DNA of 48,396 nucleotides from an uncultured Candidatus Bathyarchaeia archaeon (GTDB lineage: Archaea; Thermoproteota; Bathyarchaeia; Bathyarchaeales; Bathycorpusculaceae). Below are positions 1 through 9,579 of the stretch, one piece after another. The notes under the pieces were generated by a model. That model had not been told where the DNA came from. It searched no databases and saw only the letters and a list, made by a program, of their open reading frames with translations. A program made the translations under genes and the position numbers. Positions within the stretch are counted from its first letter, which is position 1. Every line of letters begins with the position of its first letter. The stretch is taken from assembly GCA_964587975.1 (NCBI GenBank), contig CAZPND010000001.1, forward strand, positions 1-48,396, given 5' to 3'.

Positions 1-2
1 CT

Positions 3-1253
3 CCTGCAAGCACGCCATCAACTGTTCCTTCAAATGCTCTCTGGCAGACTCCAATCAAGAACTTTGCAACTGCCTTAACGGTTGACGATGGAAAAGTGTT
101 TACAACTGATGAGACAGGCGATGTATACTGTTTTGATAGCCAAAATGGCAAGTCTATTTGGAATAGCACGCCTGGACATTACCCTTCTGGCGGGGTATTA
201 GCCTCGGAAGGTCGAGTTTATGTTGGTCTTGGAGAAGGCAAAGTTGGTTGCTTAGATGAGAACAATGGGTTGCCACAATGGACTTTGGAACGAAGATATT
301 TCCAATATCCTGACGCTTCACCTCAAATCCGATTAAAAGACGGTCGGGTATATGCAATAGCCGACGGAATTGGTGCTTACGATGCAGTTACTGGGGCGCT
401 TCTATGGCAGGAAGCCTCAGGAAAAATAGCGAGTTCGGATGAAACTTGGTCGGTGAGTGGGAGTACCTTGAACGGTGACCCGGTTGACGCCAACTACGTT
501 TACGCATTAACAGGAAATTTTTCAAGCATGCCTTATTTCAAACTAAATACGGATGACGGAAGTATCCTTTGGCTTAGCGATGTTGTCTGGAACGGTACGG
601 TACTCACTTGGGGAGTGGACTATGGAGTTTGGGCACCACATGTTTTAGCAATTAGGCCGGGGCAGGTCATCGTAAAAACAGTTTTTAACGGTACGTCAGC
701 ATCATACATGCTTTTTGCTTTAGATTCTAATACAGGCAAAGAACTCTGGAGCATTGACCTCGGAGCAGATATTTACGATCCGATTGCTTACAGTAATTTA
801 TTACTTTTTTCAAAAGCTGACGGCTACGTCTATGCCTTAAATTTAGCAGACGGCGTCATAGCATGGAAAACCAAAGTGGACACCCAGAAACTATTCTCTA
901 TTCCAAACAATTATGCGTCTCCAATTCTCCAAGTTGATGCCCAAAATCAGCGTCTATTCTGGAGTTTTGGAGCGAAACAAGCCGAATCAGGCAAATACAC
1001 TGGAACGCTATGCAGCCTTGACTTAGCTAATGGCAACGTGATTTGGACAAAGCAAATAGAGACATCGGGCAACGGCTTAGTTGTTAGCAATGACAAAATC
1101 ATCTTAACTGGGACTGACGGTCTTTGGATTTTCAATGCATCGACAATTGATTTAATTCAACATCAAGAGTTTGACCATTACATTTTGCCGCCAATCACTA
1201 TGGACAACAAAACGTTTGTGGCTGCAGAGCTCTGGCTTTTCGCCTACGCATAG
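3..1253 (+). CDS. PQQ-like / BamB-like beta-propeller repeat protein (5' partial)
   Basis: The frame is open from nt 3 (PASTPSTVPSNALWQTPIKNF...), so the GTG at 96 is probably internal. Recurrent units match PQQ-like propeller blades: GDVYCFDSQNGKSIW, GRVYAIADGIGAYDAVTGALLW, DGYVYALNLADGVIAW, LCSLDLANGNVIW. TAG stop at 1251-1253. Confidence 0.7.
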   Translation, partial: PASTPSTVPSNALWQTPIKNFATALTVDDGKVFTTDETGDVYCFDSQNGKSIWNSTPGHYPSGGVLASEGRVYVGLGEGKVGCLDENNGLPQWTLERRYFQYPDASPQIRLKDGRVYAIADGIGAYDAVTGALLWQEASGKIASSDETWSVSGSTLNGDPVDANYVYALTGNFSSMPYFKLNTDDGSILWLSDVVWNGTVLTWGVDYGVWAPHVLAIRPGQVIVKTVFNGTSASYMLFALDSNTGKELWSIDLGADIYDPIAYSNLLLFSKADGYVYALNLADGVIAWKTKVDTQKLFSIPNNYASPILQVDAQNQRLFWSFGAKQAESGKYTGTLCSLDLANGNVIWTKQIETSGNGLVVSNDKIILTGTDGLWIFNASTIDLIQHQEFDHYILPPITMDNKTFVAAELWLFAYA

Positions 1254-1271
1254 TCAAGGACAGCACTGGTT

Positions 1272-2966
1272 TTATTCGGTCTTATATCTGCCTTTCTTCG
1301 CAAACTGTTTCTCAAAGATTTCTCTGACTCTTTCGATGGTGTCTGCGTCTTCTGGGCTTTTGTCGTCTCTTATGCGGGTTATGCGGGCGAACCGCAACGC
1401 CATCCTGCTTTTGTATTTGGGGCTTCGTTGAATCTCGTTGTATGCGACTTCAACCACTATTTTTGGAAGAACACCCACGCGGTTGCGCTCCTGCCGCACG
1501 GTTAGCTTCTTAAGCCTTCTGGTCATCTCGATGATTTCCGCGTCCGTCAACCCCTTAAACGTCTTCCCTATGTTCAGAAACTCGCCCGTTGCAGCGTCCC
1601 GCGCAGCCAGATAATAGTCTGAAAGCCAGCCGTGCCTCCGCCCGTACCCGTACTCTGCCGCCGTGATAACCAGGTCCAACGGGTCCAGAACAGGTTTTAT
1701 CTTGAACCAGCGCTTCCCCCGAGTGCCAGGCGTGTACGGGCTGTCCAGCTTCTTCGCCATCAACCCTTCATGCCCTGCGTCCATGGCTTTGTTCAGGAAC
1801 GTTTCCGCAAACGCCTCTTTGTCAGTGACTGTCTGCGTGGTCAAAGAGATTTCCCCCGAGTTTTCAGCCAAAACCTTCCTGCGCTGCACGTACGGAAGCG
1901 CGATTAGGCTTTCGCCGTCGAGAAAGAGAACATCAAACAGGTAGAGCCTCACGGGGATTTTTTCAGCCATGTCCTGCACTTCGTGGACGCGCTTGAATCG
2001 GCGCATCAGATGCTGGAAGGGAATCGGGTGTCCATTGTCGTCCACGGCTATGACTTCGCCCTCCACAATCGCCTCGTCCGCTCTGACGTTTGCTTTCACG
2101 GCTTCAACAACTTCGGGCAGGCTCCGCGTCACGTCCGTGAGCCTTCGGCTGAAAACCCGCACCTCACCGCCCCGCTTGTGGATTTGAACCCTAGCGCCGT
2201 CGTACTTGTACTCGAAGGCGGTTTTGCCGCCGTGCTCCGCCAACGCCTCACCCACACCGCTCGCCACCTTAGCCAACATCAACTTCACGGGTCTAAACAC
2301 TTGGAAACCGACCTGTGACAAACGCGCCGTGCCTTCGGTCTTGGCTAACGCAGCGACTTCGCCTATGTCACCCAACGCCATGCTTGCCTTCTGCACGGTC
2401 GCCAACGGAACATCAAAAGCCTTCGCCACCGCCTGCTCCATCAACCCCTCATACAAGCCCGTGCGCATCTCACCCACAAAAATCTTCACCACGTACTTCG
2501 CTTCCACAGGCGCCGCCTGACTCAAAAGCGCCGCTATCAAACGTTCCTTCTTTTCTCTTGAGCCTGAACCCACAGCGCCCGCTAACGCCTCCAGCAAACG
2601 CCTCACTTCCGTTATCGTCAACGGTTTCTCCATCAGCAACGCTTGCTTTTTCACCTTGGTTTTCTCAAAAACCGCCTTGGCAGCCGCACCTATATCGCCC
2701 GTGCTTGCGAAGGCTTCACGGAAAACGTCCCAGTCAACCCCAGCTGTTCGTTGCAGAATGCCGCTGAGAGTCGCCCAGCTCACGTCCAAGGTTTTCGGGC
2801 TCCACTTCGGGAAAGCTCGCCCCAGAATCATGGACACGGCAGGCTCCACTTCCTCCGCGTCTAAGCGCCTCAAAAAGTCGGCGGTCATGCCGATTATGTC
2901 CAGTCGTTTTTTGGTGGCTTCTACTTTTTCGAGGAGGTCCGCCAGAGACTTGAAGAGCGTGGGCAT
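1272..2966 (-). CDS. lig: ATP-dependent DNA ligase (archaeal/eukaryotic type)
   Basis: 564 aa. Adenylation motif I EYKYDGARVQIH (KxDG), LFDVLFLDGESL, HEGLMAKKLDSPYTPGTRGKRWFKIKP. Length and motif order match archaeal Lig. Confidence 0.95.
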   Translation of the reverse strand: MPTLFKSLADLLEKVEATKKRLDIIGMTADFLRRLDAEEVEPAVSMILGRAFPKWSPKTLDVSWATLSGILQRTAGVDWDVFREAFASTGDIGAAAKAVFEKTKVKKQALLMEKPLTITEVRRLLEALAGAVGSGSREKKERLIAALLSQAAPVEAKYVVKIFVGEMRTGLYEGLMEQAVAKAFDVPLATVQKASMALGDIGEVAALAKTEGTARLSQVGFQVFRPVKLMLAKVASGVGEALAEHGGKTAFEYKYDGARVQIHKRGGEVRVFSRRLTDVTRSLPEVVEAVKANVRADEAIVEGEVIAVDDNGHPIPFQHLMRRFKRVHEVQDMAEKIPVRLYLFDVLFLDGESLIALPYVQRRKVLAENSGEISLTTQTVTDKEAFAETFLNKAMDAGHEGLMAKKLDSPYTPGTRGKRWFKIKPVLDPLDLVITAAEYGYGRRHGWLSDYYLAARDAATGEFLNIGKTFKGLTDAEIIEMTRRLKKLTVRQERNRVGVLPKIVVEVAYNEIQRSPKYKSRMALRFARITRIRDDKSPEDADTIERVREIFEKQFAKKGRYKTE

Positions 2967-3074
2967 GGCTTTAACCCTTAAAACTCTGCTGCTAGAAAGG
3001 GTGCTTCAGCTTCTTATTTATTGATTCTTGCAAAAAAGAACGTAAAAGTGGTTGTTCCGAAAGGAAACGGAAGA

Positions 3075-3449
3075 TTAGAAGGCGCTTTCGAGTTTTTCTT
3101 TGACTTCCTTGATTTTCTTCGTCAGCTCTTCGACTTCTTTGGTGTTTCCTAAGGCTTTTTGGCAGTCTCTCGCGTAGTCCAGGGCGCTGACGCCGAAGCG
3201 GTCGAATCCTTTGTCAAAGGAAAGTTCTGCGGACTGCATGAACTGTTCAACGGCTTTCTCGTACTCTTTCAAGGCGAAGCTGCATTCGCCCGCCTTGTAA
3301 AGCATGGTTGTGGAGTCAAAGTAATTCTGTTTTTTCTTGTAAAGCTCGGCGGTTCTCAGGAAAAGCTCCCTTGCCTCCTCGAGTTTGCCGGCTTCCATAA
3401 GGGCGTTTGCGTCTTTATGCATTTTAATCGGGTCTTCTCTTTCAGTCAT
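3075..3449 (-). CDS. small all-helical TPR/SNAP-like protein, function unknown
   Basis: 124 aa. Helix-pair pattern (ANALMEAGKLEEARELFLRTAELYKK, YKAGECSFALKEYEKAVEQF). No catalytic motif recognised. Confidence 0.4.
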   Translation of the reverse strand: MTEREDPIKMHKDANALMEAGKLEEARELFLRTAELYKKKQNYFDSTTMLYKAGECSFALKEYEKAVEQFMQSAELSFDKGFDRFGVSALDYARDCQKALGNTKEVEELTKKIKEVKEKLESAF

Positions 3450-3564
3450 AACTGTGTCACTCTCAACTGGCTATATTCAAGCGGGGCACTCCCATTTAGA
3501 TTTTCCCCTTCCAAAGCAGCTGGTCTTCTAAAAGAGAGACCCCTCCCTTTTATAAAGGGTAAAA

Positions 3565-4164
3565 ATGGATAAGAATGATGCTTTTATATTGGACAGGCAA
3601 ATTAACTACGCGGAGTCAATGAAGCAAGAATACGGTAAGCTCGGAGTCACAGTTAAGTTAGCTCTGGCAGCAGTGTTCGCTGCGCTTGTGTTCATAGTCA
3701 CTTCACAGATTCCACCCATTCCCATACCTGCCACATCCGGCTACTTCAACGTTGGAGAAACAACCATTTACGTTGCAGCATTACTTTTTGGACCCTCAGT
3801 TGGCGCCCTTTCAGGAGGAATAGGCGCAATGCTTGGTGATATTTACTTAGGCTTCGGTGTGTTCGCGCCAGGAACACTAGTTATCAAAGGTGCAGAAGGC
3901 GCAATCGTCGGTTTCCTAAACCTGAAACTGAAAAAACACATCCGAAACGTCACCATACGCGCTGTTATCTCAGTCATAGTTGGAGGTTTAGAAATGGTAG
4001 CAGGCTATTTCCTCTATGAACAATTCGCGCTTGGCCTATCCTTCAACGTTGCTCTGGCAGAAGTCCCCATCAACACAATTCAGATGCTCGTCGGCCTAAT
4101 AATCGCCGTGCCAATCATGCATGCCGTGATGCGTGTTTTCCCACAACTTAAAAGCCAGAGTTAA
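3565..4164 (+). CDS. ECF-transporter S-component-like membrane protein
   Basis: 199 aa, about 5-6 hydrophobic helices. Gly-rich core GETTIYVAALLFGPSVGALSGGIGAMLGDIYLGF resembles ECF substrate-capture subunits. Substrate unknown. The start may be the internal ATG at 3619. Confidence 0.55.
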   Translation: MDKNDAFILDRQINYAESMKQEYGKLGVTVKLALAAVFAALVFIVTSQIPPIPIPATSGYFNVGETTIYVAALLFGPSVGALSGGIGAMLGDIYLGFGVFAPGTLVIKGAEGAIVGFLNLKLKKHIRNVTIRAVISVIVGGLEMVAGYFLYEQFALGLSFNVALAEVPINTIQMLVGLIIAVPIMHAVMRVFPQLKSQS

Positions 4165-4178
4165 CAGAAGATATAGTC

Positions 4179-5186
4179 ATGAAACTGCCGCCTGGAAAAA
4201 TCCCCGTTGACATCCTGAAAGAAGTTGTTTTCAAAAACTTAGGCGCCGAACGCAAAGAAGTCATTGTAGGCCCGTCAGCGGGAATCGACGGCGCAGTTTT
4301 AGACTTAGGCGACAAATCAATAGTCGTTTCCATGGATCCCATAACAGGCGCAGTGGAGCGGATTGGCTGGCTCGCCGTCAACGTTAACGCGAATGACGTT
4401 GCCACCTTCGGCGTTGAACCCGCCTTCCTGTTCTCATGCATGCTGCTTCCTGAAAACGCTGAGCGCACGCTCGTGGAAGCTATAAGCACTCAGATGAACG
4501 CGGCAGCAAAGGCGCTGGGCGTAGCCATCGTGGGCGGACACTGCGAATCCACGCTTGGCTTAGCTAACCCCATCGTCGTGTGCTGCATCATGGGCATGAC
4601 AGAAAAAAACCGTTACGTTACGGCTGGCGGCGCAAAACCCGGCGACAAACTCATCCTCACCAAGAGCGCAGGCATCGAAGGCACCGCAATCTTGGCAACT
4701 GACCGAGAGAAAGAACTCCGGCAAACCCTGAGCGCCGCGGTGTTGGAAAAAGCCAAGGGCTTCTGGAGCCAGATAAGCGTTGTGAAAGAAGCGTTAACCG
4801 CTTACCGAACAGGCGGCGTCCACGCTATGCACGACCCTACCGAAGGCGGCGTGGCTGGGGGGATTCACGAGATGGCGGACGCGTCAAACGTGGGCGTAAA
4901 AGTGTTTGAAGAAGCGATTCCTGTCCAGCGTGAAACCGCTGAAATCTGCAGGCACTTCCAAGTAGACCCGTTACAACTGATTGGGTCAGGCGCGCTGCTT
5001 GTTTCGGCGGAAGCAAAAAGCGCAAACAAGATTGTACGCGCGTTGAAGCTTGAGGGGATTCAGGCTTCGGTTATCGGCGAGTTCACGGAAAATAAGGCGC
5101 AGCGTGTTCTAACGCAAAAAGACGGCGGGGAAAAGGCGTTGCCGCGTCCACTATCTGATCATCTTTGGGCCGCGCTGAAGCGATGA
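4179..5186 (+). CDS. AIR synthase-related protein (PurM/HypE/ThiL superfamily)
   Basis: 335 aa. N-terminal GPSAGIDGAVLDLGDKSIVVSMDPITG and the GGHCEST pattern are typical of PurM-like ATP-utilising enzymes. It follows the S-component gene by 14 nt. Confidence 0.75.
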   Translation: MKLPPGKIPVDILKEVVFKNLGAERKEVIVGPSAGIDGAVLDLGDKSIVVSMDPITGAVERIGWLAVNVNANDVATFGVEPAFLFSCMLLPENAERTLVEAISTQMNAAAKALGVAIVGGHCESTLGLANPIVVCCIMGMTEKNRYVTAGGAKPGDKLILTKSAGIEGTAILATDREKELRQTLSAAVLEKAKGFWSQISVVKEALTAYRTGGVHAMHDPTEGGVAGGIHEMADASNVGVKVFEEAIPVQRETAEICRHFQVDPLQLIGSGALLVSAEAKSANKIVRALKLEGIQASVIGEFTENKAQRVLTQKDGGEKALPRPLSDHLWAALKR

Positions 5187-5930
5187 AAAGCCTTTGACGC
5201 CTTGAACGGCGAGCTGGATGAACCAGTGAAACATGAAAACTGGGTAGAAGAACATGTACTCGAACATATGAGAGTAAACGAGCCCGCACCTGAATTCTAC
5301 AATGGCTTGGGAAACGCCGTTCTGCAAACTCCAGTTTTCTGGTGCTTTAAAGTGTAAGCAGTAAACGTCGTCGCCGACAACTGTTCGGTAGCCTTTCTTT
5401 TTGATCCAGTTGATTATGTATGCATCTTCGTAAGCGTGCAGCTGTTCTGGAATTTTGATGTCTTCCACGGCTTCGCGTCGGATAAGCGTGTCGTGCATTC
5501 CGCCTCTGAGGCTGAAGCATTGTCTTGCGATAAGATTTTGCAGTTTGATAATGCGTTTGTCTTTCATGTTTGGGATGACATCGATGTTTACGCCCCAAAC
5601 GGCTCCGACATCGTTTTTCACGTTTTTTTGGGCTTTTCTAAGCCAGTCGCGGCTGAGTATAACGTCGCTGTCTACGAACATGAACCAGTCTGTGGTCACT
5701 TGCTCCATGCCTTTCTGCCGTGCTCGGGCTCTTGAACCGTCCACGTTCAGCACCGTGACGTTTCCGTGGGCTTCACGGGTTTTGTTTATGATTTTCAGGG
5801 TGCGGTCGGTTGAAAAACCGTCAACAATAATCAAGTTTTTAACGGGCACGTTTTCATAGACTGAGGTTAAGCACTTGTCAAGTAAGTGTTCGCTGTTTTT
5901 TGTAAGCACCACGACATCTATTGGCTGCAT
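5151..5930 (-). CDS. glycosyltransferase family 2 (GT-A fold)
   Basis: VVVLTKNSEHLLDKCL, IIVDGFSTDRT, FVDSDVIL (DxD). Start set at ATG 5930 (MQPIDVVVLT) rather than the ORF-track 5993. The 3' end overlaps the convergent 4179-5186 by 36 nt. Confidence 0.8.
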   Translation of the reverse strand: MQPIDVVVLTKNSEHLLDKCLTSVYENVPVKNLIIVDGFSTDRTLKIINKTREAHGNVTVLNVDGSRARARQKGMEQVTTDWFMFVDSDVILSRDWLRKAQKNVKNDVGAVWGVNIDVIPNMKDKRIIKLQNLIARQCFSLRGGMHDTLIRREAVEDIKIPEQLHAYEDAYIINWIKKKGYRTVVGDDVYCLHFKAPENWSLQNGVSQAIVEFRCGLVYSHMFEYMFFYPVFMFHWFIQLAVQGVKGFSSLQRGPKMIR

Positions 5931-6058
5931 TACCGCGCCCCTTTCAGTCTTGACAAAGCCATGCGCCTTGATAAAGGTTAATGTATGGAACATACTGGAA
6001 ATAAGAATTTATCCAATCCCAAAAGAGCCAGTGGATTTCTTCTGGGTAATCAACGGCG

Positions 6059-6811
6059 TTAAAACTGAGAAGCCTTGCCTTGTAAGTTGTTGGCGAAGAA
6101 TTGATAACACGAGTACGCCGTGTAAAAACCATAGGCAAAAGTTAATTTAGCAAACAGAATAAATCTGCCCGCTCTAATTGCGTCGGCGATTATGTTTAAG
6201 CTGCCTTGGATAGTCCAGACGCTTGCGGGTCTATAATGAATGCAATACGGGTCGTAGCAGGCAACCAGCTTGTATCCTTTCTCAGTTATCCAGTCTTTGA
6301 TGTAAGCATCCTCAAAAACATGCAGAATCTTGGGGATTTTTATGTCCTTAACCAAGTCTGTGCGGATAAGCGTGTCATGAGTTCCGCCTCGAAGATAAAA
6401 TATTTTCCGCGTTACCGTCAAGAACAGTTTAAGAATCGTCGGATTTTGGATTGTAGACCAAACTTCGATTCCCCAAACCGCGCCCACGTTGGGACCTAAG
6501 TGTTTCTCGGCTTTCTTGAACCAGTCATTACAAAGAACAGCGTCACTATCAACGAACAGGAACCATTCGGTTTTCACGTTGTCAATGCCCTTTTGCCTCG
6601 CCGTGGCGCGAGTCCCCTTATCCTGCAGCAACAAAACGTTTCCATGTTTCTCCTGAAAATCACCCACTATCTGCAATGTCTTATCGGTCGAATAACCGTC
6701 TACAACTATCAGGCGGTTGACCGGGACGTTGGCATAAACAGATTTGAGACATTCACTAAGCATGCGTTCACTGTTTCGAGTAATTATGACAACGTCTACG
6801 TCCATATTCAA
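6059..6811 (-). CDS. glycosyltransferase family 2, tandem paralog of 5151-5930
   Basis: Alignable by eye to the neighbouring GT2 over most of its length (VVIITRNSERMLSECLKSVYANVPVNRLIVVDGYSTDKT ... FVDSDAVL). Confidence 0.8.
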   Translation of the reverse strand: MNMDVDVVIITRNSERMLSECLKSVYANVPVNRLIVVDGYSTDKTLQIVGDFQEKHGNVLLLQDKGTRATARQKGIDNVKTEWFLFVDSDAVLCNDWFKKAEKHLGPNVGAVWGIEVWSTIQNPTILKLFLTVTRKIFYLRGGTHDTLIRTDLVKDIKIPKILHVFEDAYIKDWITEKGYKLVACYDPYCIHYRPASVWTIQGSLNIIADAIRAGRFILFAKLTFAYGFYTAYSCYQFFANNLQGKASQF

Positions 6812-6982
6812 TATTCAAATGCTATCGCTTAATTAATATTCTCAATCAACCGCCGAAGCTATTCCACAGAAGCAAAACATCAGTCTATATATTCTACGAT
6901 TCGGCTCGTTTTGCCTTATTACTTATATACGTGTGGAGTAGGTCTATAGAACAGCAAAATCGGCTTACGCGGTGCTTAACAT

Positions 6983-8026
6983 TTGACCATAAATCTACGA
7001 AAAGCCTCCAGAATAGCCATTAACGCGTTAACCCCTAACAGGCCTCATCATGCTCAGTGGCTTATCACGAGAAAATGCAATTACCGCTGCAGAGGCTGTA
7101 ACGTCTGGAAAGAACAAGACAAGAGAGAACTATCCACCGAAGAGGTAAAAAAAGGACTAGACATACTCAAAGACTTAGGCATCGTAGAAATCGTGTTATC
7201 CGGAGGAGACCCGCTTTTAAGAGAGGATGCGGCCGAAATAATTGAACACGCTTCAAAACTTTTCATAACCACAGTTTACGACAACGGCAGCATGGCCGCC
7301 AAAAAAATTGATGCGCTGCGAAACGTGGATTTTGTGGCTATTTCAATAGACAGCTTGGACGAAGCCAAAAACGACTACATTAAAGCTGTTCCAGGTGCAT
7401 GGAAAAAAGCCATGAAAGCCGTGGAGACGCTGCATAACGAAGGAATAAACGTGAGCGTAACACCCACCATCTCGCAGCAAAACCTTTACGAAATCGTGGA
7501 CATCACAAACTACTTCACGAAAAAAGGAATCCCAGTTTGGTACTGCTTGTATTCCTACGATCAAACCTGTGACGTAAACCAACTTTTTAGAATCGGCAAA
7601 GCTAATGACGAGTTCATCATAAGAGACAAGCAAGCTATGGTTAAGCTTTGCGATACTCTAATCGAAATGAAAAAGAAGAACGGCAAAATCCTCATGACAA
7701 ACAAACTCTTGAAAGTTCTTAGAACACTGTTTTCAGAGGGTAAAAGAACCTGGAAGTGCCAGGCGCTTCAGAACTTTTTAGTCATAGACCATCTGGGCAG
7801 AATCGCCGGGTGCCACAGCCATAATTTTGCGGGTTCCGTGTTTGATTTACCCAAATTATGGAAGAGCGAAAAATTCGATTCGCTGCGTCAAGCCTACAAT
7901 GAATGTGATCAATGCGCTTATTTGTGTTACATTTTTTATTCGCTTTACGGCAGCCCCTCTGGAAACCTCGCGTTAGCCAAGGAGCAATGGAAAAACGCCA
8001 AGCTTTTCTTGGATAAAAAGCATTAA
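6983..8026 (+). CDS. radical SAM protein with Cys-rich C-terminal (SPASM/twitch-like) region
   Basis: CNYRCRGC (CxxxCxxC, 7076-7099), SGGDPLL. C-terminal Cys motifs WKCQ, GCHSH, CDQCAYLC. TTG start. Confidence 0.8.
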   Translation: MTINLRKASRIAINALTPNRPHHAQWLITRKCNYRCRGCNVWKEQDKRELSTEEVKKGLDILKDLGIVEIVLSGGDPLLREDAAEIIEHASKLFITTVYDNGSMAAKKIDALRNVDFVAISIDSLDEAKNDYIKAVPGAWKKAMKAVETLHNEGINVSVTPTISQQNLYEIVDITNYFTKKGIPVWYCLYSYDQTCDVNQLFRIGKANDEFIIRDKQAMVKLCDTLIEMKKKNGKILMTNKLLKVLRTLFSEGKRTWKCQALQNFLVIDHLGRIAGCHSHNFAGSVFDLPKLWKSEKFDSLRQAYNECDQCAYLCYIFYSLYGSPSGNLALAKEQWKNAKLFLDKKH

Positions 8027-8274
8027 ATCTCCAAGCTCGGCAAAAACGAAATAACCTTCGCCATTGTTTGCACCAGCGAACTGTCAAATTTCTGTTCTTC
8101 TTCCATGTTCACAATGGGAAGATCATGCCCTACCTCTGAAATTCCAACTGTTATTCTCCGAGGACCTCCATCTTTGGGTTTTTTTAGCTCAATCAAGGCA
8201 GGTAAAAATGTGATGAGTATAAGCGTGGGTGCTGCGATGATTATTATGATAATCGCAATCAGATTCGAAATCAT
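8023..8274 (-). CDS. small membrane protein, unknown function
   Basis: 83 aa. N-terminal hydrophobic helix (IAIIIIIIAAPTLILITFLPALI), then a charged tail ending EEEQKFDSSLVQTMAKVISFLPSLEI. Last gene of the minus-strand GT2 operon. A C-terminal paralog lies at 11321-11428. Confidence 0.45.
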   Translation of the reverse strand: MISNLIAIIIIIIAAPTLILITFLPALIELKKPKDGGPRRITVGISEVGHDLPIVNMEEEQKFDSSLVQTMAKVISFLPSLEI

Positions 8275-8298
8275 TTACAATCTTTTGAGCATTATCAT

Positions 8299-9201
8299 TT
8301 AATTCTCAATATAACAGTTTCCATCGCCCACATGGTGAGTCTTCGCCCAATCGCTCTGGCTTCTTCTAAGAATTTTCGCGACGCAAAGGTCCAAAAACGC
8401 TTTTGTGCATATGAGGACGTTATACAAGTACGCGAAAAGCAAAAGAGGGATTAACCATTGAATTCTGGTTCTGCCGTCTAAGTAGGCGCCGATTCCAATC
8501 TCAAAAAACGGGGCAAAGTTGCCTATTATACTGTAGAAAGAAAGGGGCATAAAAAGCCAAAGCACGTTGATAAGCTGTGAGGAATGGGCAATGATTAGGG
8601 CAACGCCCGCAACAGACGCGACAAGAGTTAGAACGGGCATGAAATACACGTGTAGAAGCAGCAAGCCGTCAATTTTCTCTTTTGCATTAAGTTTTTTGCT
8701 TCTCAACACTCGGGGCGTGTGCTTGAAACACACTTGCATGTGTCCGCGTGCCCATCTGTGCCTCTGCCGCCAGTACGCTTTCCAATTATCCACGGCTTCT
8801 TCGTAGCATTCAGCGTCGCCTACGTAGCGAACTTTGAAGCCTGCGAGGTAAATTTGAAACGTCAAATCGGTGTCTTCGGTTAGCATGGACTCGTCAAAAC
8901 CGCCCAGATCTTCCAAAATGCTTCGCCTAAAGCCCCCGGTCGTGCCTCCAAATTGCGGTATGAGCCCCAGATTATCTCGGGCTTCTTGGTCAACTCTGTA
9001 GCCGCCTACTCGTTCCAGCCTCACCAAGCGTGTCACCGCGTTTTGTGCTTCATTCCACACGCCGGGTCGTCCCTGCACTGCGCCAACCGAGGGGTCAACG
9101 AATTCCCTTACAAGTTTCTCCACGATGTCTCGTTGCGGGTAGTAGTCCGCGTCGAAACACAGCACAATTTCGCCCGTTGCAAGCTTTAAGCCAGCGTTCA
9201 T
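8299..9201 (-). CDS. GT2 glycosyltransferase, C-terminal part of a gene split by an in-frame TAG
   Basis: Contains FDADYY (DxD), TEDTDL and RQRHRWARG (QxxRW-like) plus C-terminal TM helices. Same frame as 9238-9579. Alignable to the intact 428-aa GT2 at 38652-39938. Confidence 0.75.
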   Translation of the reverse strand: MNAGLKLATGEIVLCFDADYYPQRDIVEKLVREFVDPSVGAVQGRPGVWNEAQNAVTRLVRLERVGGYRVDQEARDNLGLIPQFGGTTGGFRRSILEDLGGFDESMLTEDTDLTFQIYLAGFKVRYVGDAECYEEAVDNWKAYWRQRHRWARGHMQVCFKHTPRVLRSKKLNAKEKIDGLLLLHVYFMPVLTLVASVAGVALIIAHSSQLINVLWLFMPLSFYSIIGNFAPFFEIGIGAYLDGRTRIQWLIPLLLFAYLYNVLICTKAFLDLCVAKILRRSQSDWAKTHHVGDGNCYIEN

Positions 9202-9237
9202 GGCTGCGGCTTTGCCTTTGCCGCCGGTTTTTTCGTC

Positions 9238-9579
9238 CTAGTGCAGCACTTCAATGAACGAGTGTCGTTTTGGAAACTCATCGGCGATGTTTCTTGTTGT
9301 GTCGGAGGAGGCATCGTCAATGGCTATAACCTGCAGTTTGTAGTGTGGATAGGTCAGCTCGGTCATGCGCTGTAACAATCGTTCAATCACTTTTTCTTCA
9401 TCCCGGGCGGGTAACAGGATGGAGACGGTTGGCTCATAATTCGCATCTGCGGCAACAGGATTTCTGTCTCTTTTATTTCTTCTTAGAACGGCTAATGTGA
9501 AAATGTAGTGTCTGATGAGATACGCTATCATCAGCGCGGTTGCAAACAGGAATACGGCTTCTAGCGTGGCGATAATCAC
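9238..9579 (-). CDS. GT2 glycosyltransferase, N-terminal part (ends at in-frame TAG 9238-9240)
   Basis: TM helix, then VSILLPARDEEKVIERLL...VIAIDDASSDTT. Stops at TAG just before the conserved GGKGKAAAMNAG segment, which continues in frame. The GTG start overlaps the upstream stop (GTGA). Confidence 0.75.
   Translation of the reverse strand: MIIATLEAVFLFATALMIAYLIRHYIFTLAVLRRNKRDRNPVAADANYEPTVSILLPARDEEKVIERLLQRMTELTYPHYKLQVIAIDDASSDTTRNIADEFPKRHSFIEVLH

Noticed and set aside
1632-3024. Several 70-150-aa plus-strand ORFs antisense to the DNA ligase gene
   Set aside because: They are nested within a confidently identified ligase CDS, carry no motifs, and give Pro/Ser/Ala-rich translations typical of antisense frames.
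3545-3559. Near-palindrome cccttttataaaggg upstream of the ECF S-component gene as a possible riboswitch or operator
   Set aside because: It is too short, with only a 6-bp imperfect stem, and is essentially a TATA-like box. No riboswitch-like conserved structure could be folded by hand.
9238-9240. In-frame TAG as a pyrrolysine codon
   Set aside because: TAG is used as an ordinary terminator in this window (for example 1251-1253 and 30776-30778). No pyl genes or methylamine methyltransferases are visible. A glycosyltransferase has no known need for Pyl. A nonsense mutation or an error is more parsimonious. It cannot be fully excluded without the genome.
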